Below, one piece after another: positions 1 through 12,300 of a DNA stretch of 64,000 nucleotides. The stretch is from Glaucostegus cemiculus (lineage: Eukaryota): NCBI GenBank assembly GCA_976551045.1, contig CDPCPM010000571.1:1-64000 (forward strand). Reading direction: 5' to 3'. The translations under genes were made by a program, and so were the position numbers. The notes beneath the pieces were generated by a model. It had not been told where the DNA came from. It saw only the letters and a list, made by a program, of their open reading frames with translations, and ran no database searches. Each line of letters begins with the position of its first letter. Positions within the stretch are counted from its first letter, which is position 1.

Positions 1-51
1 TCACAGCGTCGGCGGCCCGGGGGTTTTGTGGTGGGTTGGGAGGACAGCAGA

Positions 52-235
52 GGGGCGGGGCGTGCCGCAAGCCGATTTGAGCGACGGCGCCTGTGGGCCA
101 ATCAGAGCTAGGTTGGGCGTCAGAGGCGGGGGGAGGAGAGAGCGAGGGGCGGGGCTTGCTTTGAGCGACAGCGCCTGCGAGCCAATCAGAGGAGACGTTG
201 GCTTCGGTGGGCGCGAGTTGCGCGTTCCATTTAAA
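52..235 (+). promoter_or_regulatory. CpG-island core promoter of the AKR1B1-like gene (GC boxes, two CCAAT boxes, TATA-like element)
   Basis: GGGGCGGGG at 52-60 and 146-154; GCCAATCAGAG with CCAAT at 98-102 and 182-186; CATTTAAA at 228-235, about 50 nt before ATG 284; CpG-dense from 1 to about 900. Confidence 0.8.
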
Positions 236-283
236 CCGAACTGCTGGCAAAGCGGCTGCCAGAACTTTCCATCACCGTGTGGC

Positions 284-352
284 ATGGCTGTCCCGACTCT
301 CGTCCTCAACACCGGAGCTCACATGCCCGTTCTCGGGCTGGGGACCTGGAAA
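284..352 (+). CDS. akr1b1: AKR1B1-like exon 1 (coding part)
   Basis: ggcATGg Kozak context; [23 protein letters not shown]; donor AAA|gtgagt. Confidence 0.95.
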
Positions 353-3300
353 GTGAGTGAGGCCGCCGTCGATCGCTCGCTCGATGTTCAAACCTCACTG
401 GCGGCTTCGTGCACTGCTCGGTGGGGCTGCAAGGGGCCGACGGGCTGCCCCCCGCCCGGCCGCCGCCTCTCGACGGGGTCCGAGACCCGAGTGTGTGACC
501 CGCGGGGTAGGGGGGGGAAGGTCACCTCCCCATTCCCAGTGGAGGGGGGGGAAGTTGGCTGTGGGTAAGACCAACCGACAGCTGAGGTGAAGGAGTGCGT
601 TGGGTTGGGGGGGGGGGGGGGGGGGACGCGCTCAGCGCCTTGACGGAGTGGGAAGGGGGAGTGCGCGTCGCCGTCGGAGAGGGGGGGAGGTGCGCGCACT
701 ACAGCGGGTGGGGAGGGGGGCGAGAGAATTAAAAAAGAAGTCTTGACGCATGCGCGTGGTCGGTTACGCGCCGGGCTGGGGTAGAGGTTCTATCGGGCGC
801 GCGCTCGAGGTTGACTGGTAATGGTTTGGGGGGCGGGGTGAGAGGTGGTGCTGCTGCTGCTCGCATGGCTGTGCGCCCGTGGGGCTGGGTGGAGATGTAT
901 CCTGCCTATGGAGATCCTTGAGATAAGAGCGTGCAAAAGCAATCTCTTAATCGTGTGTGTAGTATCTTTGTTCTGAAGCTTCATGTTGTTGCCTTCTCCT
1001 TTGCTGTTGTCTGGAGGAACGTCCTGCGTCCGGTGTGCACTGCTTAATCCCTGGCAAATGCTGAACCCGCCCCTGCGCTTCACCCAGCCGACAATAAGTG
1101 TTGAGAAGCAGAACAACGACAAAAAAGTTTGGGCGGGGGGGGGGGGGGGGAAATGTCAGTCATTTAGCTTTCATTGATTGGATTCAAATGTTGGGAAGGT
1201 ATGGGTGCCTGTGTTTAAGACTGGAGGGAAGTTGCAGAAGTAGTGATACGATGCCTTGCAAACGAAGGGCATGAGCCTGGAATTTTCTGTATCGAGGATT
1301 TTCACAGGCAAATGTGCCCATACAGGATCAGGTTTTTTTTTCTATCGTCACTTGGAATGTCAGCATCTGGTGGGGGTGCGGGCTGATTGGAGTAAATACA
1401 AATACGTAGAGAAATTCATTGTTTTAAGCATTTGCTGCCCCTTTGTTAGAAAATGATTTTTCTTTGTTATTTTCCTTTCCGTTTATGGCACCTCTTTCCC
1501 TGAAAACAACATTCTGAAAATAATTAAGTATTTCCAATCCAACTGCAGTTGCATCTTAAAACAATTTGTGCCAGGGCTGCCTGGGAGATATTTTCTATGC
1601 AATGCTCCTTTTAGAGCAGGGTGGGGAAACCTGGAATAAATTTTCTTGTTAGTGACCAAAATGGTGGTCGCTTCTGGGACAACTGTTTTCCCGAGCTCTG
1701 CTGGATCAGAATCCCTTTTGGGTAAGTCTTTTAGCTAAGTTTCTTTTTATTCCTCCTGATACCTCAACCTGCTGAATTCTCTATCACCAACCTATGCCCC
1801 TTGTCACTTGATTGTTCTGTGCTTGGGCTGTCCCCCAACTGATAGCAGCCCCCTTGCCTACCTAAACAATACATTGGGTGTATAATGCCTGCGTAGTTGC
1901 TGCTGCAGGAGGACTCCCACAGCAAAATAACTGTTGGCATTCTGTTGCTGTGTTTATTCAGCATGGGTGCACTAGAATTTCTAAGCCAGCAAGTGGACAT
2001 GTTGCATTGCTAATGTATGACTAACTTCTGATGGCCAGGAGCTTTCAATTATGGTTCTTTTTCTTTTGAAAAATAAGAATACTAATTTTTTTTACTGTGC
2101 ACCATTATTTTGACAGTAACTTCTGATATTGAGTTCAGTTGACCAGACATAGCATTTTATATAAGCATTTATGGAGAAGGGTAGCTACCAAAACTTAAGT
2201 GTGGTGCTACCATAGATGTGGATTCTCCTACCAATGTTGGTGTTGGCTGTGGTATTACAAAAGGTGGAAGTAGATAATTTTGGGATATAGGATTTAAGCC
2301 ATGTGTTTGCTTTGAATAGTATTCTGTATAACCGGGGGGGGGGGGGGGGGGTTATAGCATTTTCTGCTTCAATGAAGAGACCTATGTAGTTAATGGAACG
2401 ATTGTTAGCCTGACACTAACTTTATCTTCGTGGATGTAGTCTGACCTGAGAAATTTCAGCTTTTGTTTTCATTGCAGTCATTTTGATGACTACTTGGAAG
2501 AAATACACTGTATAACATCAGGCATGTAAGCAGTCTAGGAAAGAGTTAATGCAATCAGTTCAGCATTGTGTAAGGGAAATAGCAAAGGATAAATCTTTCA
2601 GAACTCCAAATACCACTTTACATAGTAATACAATTACTAATTTTCATGCTGTCCCTCGGTTGCGTGATCAAGTCTGCAATACTGCCAAATACAGACCCCA
2701 TACTTTAGTAAATAATACCACAGATCCTCCTTGTAACTGCTGGCTGCTACCTCACACAGCTTGCCCAGTGATAATTCTTGGGCTTGAGACAGGTAAGTGA
2801 TAGAAATTCAGCCCTTGGAGCCTGTCTGCTGGCATCACTGGAACTTCATCAGTTTTTCAAACAGCTTAATGACATTCTTATTGAGGTAGATGGAGTAGGA
2901 GCAACTTTCTCAGAGCTGCAGAAGGGTATGCATTGAACAAGGAACAAATGCAAGGCAGGATGAAGGAGAAGCATTAAGGATAGAATAAATCTACAGTGGG
3001 TGTGACTTTGCATATGCAAGCAAGACATGCATATTGACAGTGTGAAGTGTTGTGTTAATACTATTAACCTAATATCAATAGTAGGGAAAACACTGAAACC
3101 CACAAAGGATTAAAGTCATCAAAAAATGATTTGAGCAGTGAACAATGGGTTCATAAAATGAAAGTAGTGCTCGACTGTATTGGATTTCTTTTGAGGATGA
3201 GGGGAACCAGCAAATGTGATGTGTTTGTATATGAATTTTCAAACTTTTTTTGATAGGTCCCACACGTTGGCAAACAAATTTGGAGCACATTTGGGGGGGA

Positions 3301-6300
3301 GGGTCCTAAAGTACTAGCATAGATTGAGTAGGTTAATAGACAAAAGCAATAAAAGGAAAATAAAACACATGCTAGAAATTTGAAACAAACAGAAAATGCT
3401 GGGGGGAAAACTCAGCAGATCAAGCAGCATTTGTGGAAAGAGAAATGGTCAGTGTTTTGAGTCTGCAACCCTTTGGAACTGTCCACAAATGCTGCCTGAT
3501 CTGATGAATTGGTCCAGTACCTTCAGATTTCTTTTGTGATGATAGTAATAAAAGGGTCCACCTTAAGCTGATGGGCTGTGGCTGTTGGAAGGTTAAAGGT
3601 CTTGATAGCATTTAAAACAGATTGAAAGATTTCTGGATACTATGGGGATATGGCAAACAATTGCTGTTTGGGGCAGAAACCATGATCTTGCTGAATGGCC
3701 TACACCTATTGCTTGCATAGATGAGCATGAGCTTACAGGTGTGGTGAGGATGAATGAGGAAAGGGATAATGGAGCAAGTGGTTTAAAACTTGGAAGGATG
3801 AGAGGGGATTTGATTTTTTTTTCTCCCAGAGGGTGGTAGTGATGTGTAACTCTAGCTGAACAGATGGTAGTAGGAGAGACTTGCTACATTAAAACTGATC
3901 ATTTGCTGGAATATGGAATTTAGATGGGTGGATCTTTGTCTATGGGCATAGGCAAGATTGGAATGGTTTCCTATTCCACAAGTTTTCTTAGGTACTGTAT
4001 GGAAGGAGAATTGTTTGTATGGATTAGAGTTGGACACATCACAAAACAGGAATGCACAAATGAATGAATTGAAGAGGTAGGTGAAAGATGTGGATGGGAA
4101 AGTGGGTGTGGGGAAAATGGAGGTACAAATAATGACCAAGGAACCAATTTATGCTTGAAGAATTGAGCCTATGCAAGCAAAAAGTGAGAATGTGCAGAGA
4201 GGAATGTGCAAGTGGTGACAAATACTCCTGAAATAGAAATGGGACAAAAGATAGGTGTTAGCAACTAACTGAGAACTGTACACAGAAGAATGCATGTTTG
4301 GATGACTCAACAAAAGCACTATTCTCAACATATGCCTGCTAATGTCTTTCTGTAAACTCATGAGGCTTCAAAGTTGAGGTAGAAGTGGACATTCAAACAG
4401 CAGTGAATGAAATCACTGCATTGAGGCGGGGTAGGGTGAGCAGATCTGTATGAGAAGTAGATTGTAGGTTTGGACTGGTGCATGCACATAAGCACCAAAG
4501 CAAATTGGGATATAGAGGTTGGGACTGAGTTATAGGGTCTTGTACTTTTTAGTATATTATCAGAAGCTCCAGGTCAAATGCAATGTGTTCCCAGCAATGC
4601 CACTGTAGTTGAAGCCATAATGAATTGCTTTCATTGTAGATGAAATTTCAAGACATGGTGTAGCAGTGGAGGAGAGAGTGAATGTGTGATGTTCTTTGAG
4701 GGGCTGTTCTGGATGATGTGAAGCATTTGAATGAGCTAATTAAAAGGTACTTGAATCACTGATTAGGTAGACGCCTTGTGTTATATGAAAGGGAAATTTT
4801 TAACCAGATTATAGTATTTTATTAAGTATCTAGCAAAGTAGATGAAACATTGATTTATTGATGAAATATGTACTTAAATTTTTCAGGATTTTTTTGATAA
4901 AGGCACCAGGTAAAAGATCTTATGCAAGATGAGGAAAATGTATTAGCATGGTTAGAGATTTGTTTAATAGACTAGAGTTAAGTTAAGGAGAAAGTCTTAA
5001 CAGTGACAAAGTAATTTGTGAGTAGTTGCAAGGATCAGTAATTGATCCTCAGTTTACTGTCTAAATTACAATTGATCCTTTATCTTAATCATTAATGTGT
5101 AAAGCCCACGAGGAAGTTGGCTATTAAGAACACAATTTACAAAAGGATACAGATGGGTCGGCAAGAACGTGGTAGAAGTAGTTTACTGTGAGGATTTTGA
5201 GGGAGTTTTTCACTCATCACAGAATGACCAATTTTTTAAAAATGATGCAGTTTTATGAGAGACCCTCATCTGGTATAGCAAGCAATTAAATTCAAAAAGC
5301 TGAATAGCATATTGGTGCTATAATTGTAAAGGTTTTGGTGAAACTACAGTGAAATTATTTTATGGTTTTTGCCTACTTATCTCAGAATTGTATATTTAAC
5401 CTGGAAGCAGTTGAAAGGCTCACTAGATTTCCTGGTTTGAGAAGGCAGTTTTGAGGAAATATTGAGTGGAATTTTTCTAATCTCAGGAAATGCTAAGTGA
5501 TCCAAATAAATAGATTCTGAAGGAGCTTGTCACGGTTGATTTTTGAGGAAATGTTTCCCATGGCTGGAATGGCTAAAACTTGGGACCATAGTCTCAGGAT
5601 AAAGGATTGGATGTTTAGGACTGGAGTCAGATGAAAATTCTTCACTTAAGGATTGACTTTTCAAAAAAAAATTCTGCCCTGGAGAGCTATGGCTGCACAG
5701 TTGTTAGAACGATAAGGTCAATAGATTTTTGATTTTTGAGAGAGATGGGGATTGGATGGGAATAGATATTTAAATGGTGGAGCAGGATCAGGGTCTTCAT
5801 CTACTCCTTTATACCCATTTAATGAATCTACAGCTGCATTCATCCAGGCAAATAATATCACATTTGAATTGCACTTCAGTTACTAAAAGGTGTTGGGGAC
5901 TCAGGTGGTTGCCCAACCTTTTGGCTAATCTTCTCCCACCACAATAGATAACTGCCAGAGCTTGCCAAGGTAGTGACATTTCATGGAACTAATGTGTTGC
6001 TATGGCTGGTCCAGACAAGTTTATGGACCCTGATGCTCAGCATGTTGAGGGGGGAAATGCAGTAATGGTATTGCAGTTGAATTCATGGAGAAGGTAGTCA
6101 GACTCTTGTATGGTACAAATCTTATTTGCCATTTATCACCCAGTGCTATTTAGGTCTTGGTGGATGTGGGCATGAACCACTTCATTAGCTGAGGAATTAT
6201 TAAGGAACATCTTCACTTCTGACCTTATGAAGAGAATGTCATTGAGGCAGCTGAAGATAGCTCCGAGGGCCTCCTGATGTCCTGGAGTTGAAATGATTGG

Positions 6301-9300
6301 CCTCCAACAATCAGAACCAGCTTCTTCCAGGTATGATTAGAGATTGAAGAGTTCACTCCTTCATTCCCACTGATGCAATTTTATTTGGACTCCTTGATGT
6401 TGCACTTGGTCGTATCTATGATGTCAAGGGGCAACCTCTTGTAATATCTCTTGGAATTTGTTTTTTTCCCTGTATTAGGACCAAGATTGTAAATTAGTTG
6501 TGAAACTGGTGGCCCTGATGGTGCAAAAGTATTGGTAAGCAAGTTGATTCCTGGAATGAAGGATTTGTCTTATGAGGAATGATTAAGCAGTTTGGGTCTG
6601 TACTCAGTGGTGATCTTATTGAAACAATCCTCTAAGGCAGTTAAGAGGGTAGAGACTGAGAGGATGTTTCCTTTTATAGGAAAATTTAGAGTGAGTGGGG
6701 CAATGTTTCAGAATAAACATGACCATTTAGAATGACATTAAGGAGGAATCTCATCTTGAGGATGATTAATCTTTGAAATTCTGCATTCCAGAGAGCTGTG
6801 AAGGCCAAATTATTGGATACATTCAAGGCTGAGAGATGCAGATTTTTGGGGTCTGGTGGAATCAAGGATTTTGGGGATTGGATGGCAAAGTGTTCAAGCT
6901 AATGTCAGGTCAGCTATGGAGTCATTGTCTTTATAAATGGTGGCAAAGGCTTGAGGGCCATTTTGCCTACTGCTGCTGTTTCTTGTAGAATGGTGCTTGA
7001 CAGCATTGTCCGTGAACTCTTCTACTACTTTGGTAATGCTTTTGGTTGGTTAACTATCAGTATTGTGCCCGTACTGAAGCCACTTGGCTCAAGGCAGGGC
7101 ACATTTGCAGTACTGCTGTCTGAATTGCTGATGAGTGAAGGTAAGACTGATTAGAGACAAGGGTGGGAAGATCTGCTTGGAAGCTGGGAAGTGGGAGAGG
7201 TCCTCGATGAATACTTCTCAGTATTCACCAAGGAGAGGGGCCTTGATGATGCTGAGGACAATGTTGGTATGGTTAATGTTCTGGAGCATGTAGATATCAA
7301 GAGGATGTGTTGGAGCTGTTAGAAAATATTAGGACAGATAAGTCCCTGGGGCCTGATGAGAGGCAAGGGAGGAGATTGCTGAACTGTTGGCTAGGATCTT
7401 TGTTGTCCACAGGAATGGTACTGGAGGGTGGCAAATGTCCCCTTATTCAAAAAAGGGAAATAAGGATAGTCCAGGGAATTATAGACCAGTGAGCCTTGTG
7501 TCTGTGGTGAGCAACCTGTTGGAAAGGATTCTTCGAGATAGGATCTATGGGCATTCAGAGAATTGTGGTCTGATCAGGGACAGCCAGCATAGCTTTGAAG
7601 GGAAGATCTTGCCTCTCAAGCCTGATGGTGTTCTTTGAGGAGGTGACCAGGAAGATTGATGGTAGTGCAGTAGATGGTCTGTGTGGATTTTGGTAAGGTA
7701 GTTGACAAGCTTCCATATGGTAGGCTGCTTCAGAAGGTCAGTGAGCATGGGATCCAGCGAGGCTTGGCCATGTGGATTCAGAATTGGCTTGTCTGTAGAA
7801 AGCAGATGGTTGTGATGGAGGGAGTGCATTCAGATTGGAGGGCTATGACTAGCAGTGTCCCACAGGGATCAGTTCTGGGACCTATTTTTTTTTTTTTATT
7901 AATGACTTGGATGAGGGGGTAGCAGGATGAGCTGGCAAGTTTGCAGATGAGACAAAGGTTGGTGGTGTTGTAAGTATGGAGGACTAACAAAGATTGCAGA
8001 GGGACATTGATAGGATGCAGAGCTGGGCTGAGAAGTGGCAGATGGAGTTCAATCTGGAGGAGTGTAAGGTGGTACACTCTGGAAGGATAAACTCCCAAGG
8101 CCGAGTACAAAGTTAATGGCAGGATTCTGGGCAGTGTAGAGGAGCAGAGGGATCTGGGGGTTCATATCCACAGATCACTGAAAATTTCCTCACGGGTGGA
8201 TAGGGTAGTTAAGAAAGCTTATGGGATGTTAGCTTTCATAAGTGGTGGGATCACATTTAAGAGTCATGAGGTAATGATGCAGCTCTACAAAACTCTGATT
8301 AGGCCACACTTGGAGTACTGTGTCCAGTTGGGTCACCTCATTATAGGAAGGATGTGGTGTTGGAAAGGGTGTGGAGGAGGAGATTTACCTGGTTTGGAGA
8401 GTATGGATTATGAGGTGAGACTAAGGGAGCTGGGGCTTTACTCTTTGGAGAGGAGGATGAGAGGAGACCTGATAGAGGTATACAAAACATTAAGAGGAAT
8501 AGAGTGGACAGCCAGCACCTCTTTCCCACAGCACCAATGCTCAATTCAAGAGGGCATGGCTTTAAAGTAATGGGTGGGAAGTTCAAGGGAGATACTGGAG
8601 GGAGGTTTTTTACCCAGAAAGTGGTTGGGGCATGGAATGCACTGCCTGGGGTGGTGGTGGTGGAGGCAGGTACATTGGTCAAATTCAAGAGATTGCTTGA
8701 TAAGCATATGGAGGAATTTAAAATAAGAGGGATATGTGGGAGGGAAAGAGTTAGATAAGTTTTGGTGAGGTTTAAAGGTCAGTACAACATTGTGGGCTGA
8801 AGGGCCTGTATTGTGCTGTACTTTCTATGATCCTATGAACCTGTAGTCTTTGCTGTAATCAGTGTCCTTGGGTTTTTATTCACTTTATGGAATGTTGGTG
8901 TCACTAGAAAAGCAGCTTATTGCCTGATGGCAGTGGTGCTTATCCATCTTGACACTGCAGTCGTGCTGGTGAGGTACATCAATAATTTTTTTGGCTAGAG
9001 TGTTCCAGGGTGTAGACCCAGTGACTATGAAGGAATGATGTTTCCAGGTTAGGATGATGTACAAGAGGAACTTAGTTGGTGGTGTTCTCATCACCTGCTG
9101 CCCTTATTCTCCTTTGTGATGAAGATTGTGCTTTTGGGAGGTGTTGACAGAATAGCCTAGGTGAATAACTGTATCTTGTGAATAGGCTGTATTTCTGTTC
9201 TGGTGGAGGGACTCCATATCCAGAATGGTGCAGTTGAGTGGACTGCTCTGTCATGGATGCTGTCAAGCTTCCTGAGTGTAATTGGAGTTGTACTAATCCA

Positions 9301-12300
9301 GACAACTGGAGAGGTTTCATTATGCCTCTGAATTGTGACTTGTAGGTGCAGGAAAGGCTTTTGTGTGTCAGGTGTTACTCACTATATACCCTGCCTTTTG
9401 ATCTGCTCTGGTAGATCTCAGATAGTCAATTCTGCGTAAGGTAAAGGATGCTGGAATAACTTTTAAAGATTCTTAAAGTTTTGCTGTTTTGAAATGCTTA
9501 ATTTCAATTGACAATTAATTACATTTGTGTTCCATGTTGACTTTGCCTTTCCACTTCAATATTTTGTTTACAAGCACTTGTGTTCAGTCTGAACCAGGTA
9601 AAGTGACACAGGCAGTGAAAGAAGCCATTGACGCTGGTTATCGTCACATCGATTGTGCATTTGTGTATGAAAATGAAAAAGAAGTCGGTGATGGTATTCA
9701 GGCGAAGATCATGGATAAAACTGTAAAGCGTGAAGATCTTTTCATTGTTAGCAAGGTAAAGGAGGGAGTTTTGAATGTCTGGGTTTCTTTCCTAAAACTG
9801 GATTTGGAGTGCAGCAAAAAGTACATTTGAGATAAAAAGGATGGAATTGATATTACAGTTAAATGTTGGAACCTTTGACAACTGTTTGCAAGGAATACTT
9901 GGTTAATTCCAAATTTTAAAAGGAAATGTAGCCTATCTGGGAATGGATATGTATTTGGGAGAAGGGCAAAAGTATAATTTAACTTTAGCATCACTGCAAA
10001 ATCAGTGACTAATGAGTAGTTTGTTTTCCTGTTAGCTGTGGTGTACCTTTCATGCAAAGGATATGGTAAAGGATGCCTGTTCTCGAACCTTGCGTGACCT
10101 GAAACTGGATTATTTGGATCTGTACCTTATTCACTGGCCTATGGGATTCAAGGTAAAGGGTTTTCTAATTTAATTTGTACTGCTTTTTGAGTCCACTTAC
10201 TTGCACCTTCAGATAGCCAATCATTCAATGGGTTGCTAAAAAATGAGTGTTAGTTTTGAGTGTCAGATACTTGGGGTTATTTTAATTTATTCAGTACAGC
10301 TTGTGAGAAACCTGAGCCAATGGAATTGCATAGAAATGGTTGATGGGCAAATTGTTAGGTAGTAGCTGGTCCTTGCTGGAACAGTACAGCACAAGACCAG
10401 GCTTTTCAGCCCAGCATGTTTGCACTAACAATGATGCCAATCTAAATTAATCCCTAATCTAACATGTTGTCTGTATCCCTCTATTCCCTGCCATTTCATG
10501 TTTGTCTAAATGCCTCTTGAATGTTACTAGCATTATCTGCTTCTACCAATTTCCCCTGGTAGCATGTTCCAGGCAGCTACCACTGTTTTGCTTTCAGAAA
10601 AATTTTCACCTCAAATCTCAACTTTCCCCCTCCTAGTATTTCATATTTCCACCTTGAGGGAAAAGCCTATCTAGTCTATGCCTGTCATAATTTTATAGAT
10701 TTCTCAGCTTGGACCTTCGGTGATACTCCAGGGAAAACAATCTAGGTTTGTCTAACTTCTCCTTATAACCACTGCACTCCAATCCATGTAATATCCTGGT
10801 GAACCTGTTCTGCACCTTCTCAAGCTTCCATGCCCTTCCTATAGTATAGCAGCCAGAAATGCCCACAACTCCAAATGTGGCCTGATCAATGTTTTATACA
10901 CTACAACATGATTTCCCAACTTATGATAAATGCCCTGACTGATGTTTAGCATGCTGTACACTGTCTTTACCACCCTATCCACTTGCATTGCCACTTTCAG
11001 GGAGCTAGGAACTTCCCTGGTACATCTAAAACTGAGCTGTTGAATGTGTGAGTACCCAGCTATTGGGTTCTAATGGAGCTCAATTTACTGAAGGCAGAAT
11101 TTAAATTTTGTTTAAACCATTTAGAGTTGCCAGTTTGATTCCCACCTGATGATCTTGGGATGTGGGCTTATTAAACAAGGTGGTTTATAATGGCCACTCT
11201 GAAGATTAACAGATGGGTAACACCTAATGGGGAAAAGTATTAGAAGAGAGAAAGATGTGTTGTGATTACAAAGTTGTTGGATACAGTGGAAAACTGGAGC
11301 ACCATTTGAGACAACATTAGGTGGCATGTTAAAGGATGTCTGAAGAAACTGGATTCCTGCCCTTGCAAGTCAGTGTGCCTTTAAGTTATGTCAAGGGATA
11401 TGTACTGGGAATGTAATTTCTTGTCTTGCACAAGAAGTATGTCATGTAAATATAAATAAAAGCAAACAAAGAGCTTGCAAACAACTCAAATTTCAACATG
11501 CATTAATCCACTTCGGTGTACCTCCTTTCTCAGTAATTTATGTCAGTTTTTAAGAACAAGAGCTAAAAAACATCTCTCTCTTTAGTCTGGCACAGTGAAT
11601 CTTCTTCCCCTTGATGAGAACGAGATGATAATACCAAGCGACACAAGTTTTGTTGACACTTGGAAAGTGAGTTTGCTTTACACTCTTACTTTGCTCTAAA
11701 ATGTAACTGAAGAATTTGTAAACTTAACCATTACTAGATTTATCTGTATCCAAGTTTCTTCCTTAAAGCCCCTGCTGTTAGACTGCTCCATTGACTTCAA
11801 TTGCTTAATATGGTATTCTGTATAGCCTTCATATTCTAAAATATTTGTCTCACTTATTAGCATAATTTTCCCTTCACAGGCAATGGAAGAATTAGTTGAT
11901 CTAAAGATGGTTAAAGCTATAGGGTTGTCCAATTTTAATCGTGAGCAGATTGAGCATATCCTAAAAGTAACTGTGAAGCACAAACCAGCTGTTAACCAGG
12001 TAATGCATTGATTCTTTAGTTGTTTTTAAATTTTGACATCTTAAAACTTTACTGTTATTTTCTGGATGGTATTTAGTGATGCATTCTTTTTCTGTGACTC
12101 TCTCACCAACATTGAAGTTAATGATGGTTTTACTTATTGGTTTTGTTTGTTTTAATAGATTGAGTGCCACCCTTATCTGACTCAAGAAGATCTGGTCTCC
12201 TATTGCATTTCTAAAAATATCATTGTGACGGCCTATAGTCCACTGGGATCTCCAGACAGACCATGGTACCTAACACAACTCATTAACTTAGTCCTATTTT

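Noticed and set aside
1-699. Long ORFs over the AKR CpG island (26..568 and others)
   Set aside because: Only 284-352 is coding. The rest is GC-rich promoter and intron sequence.
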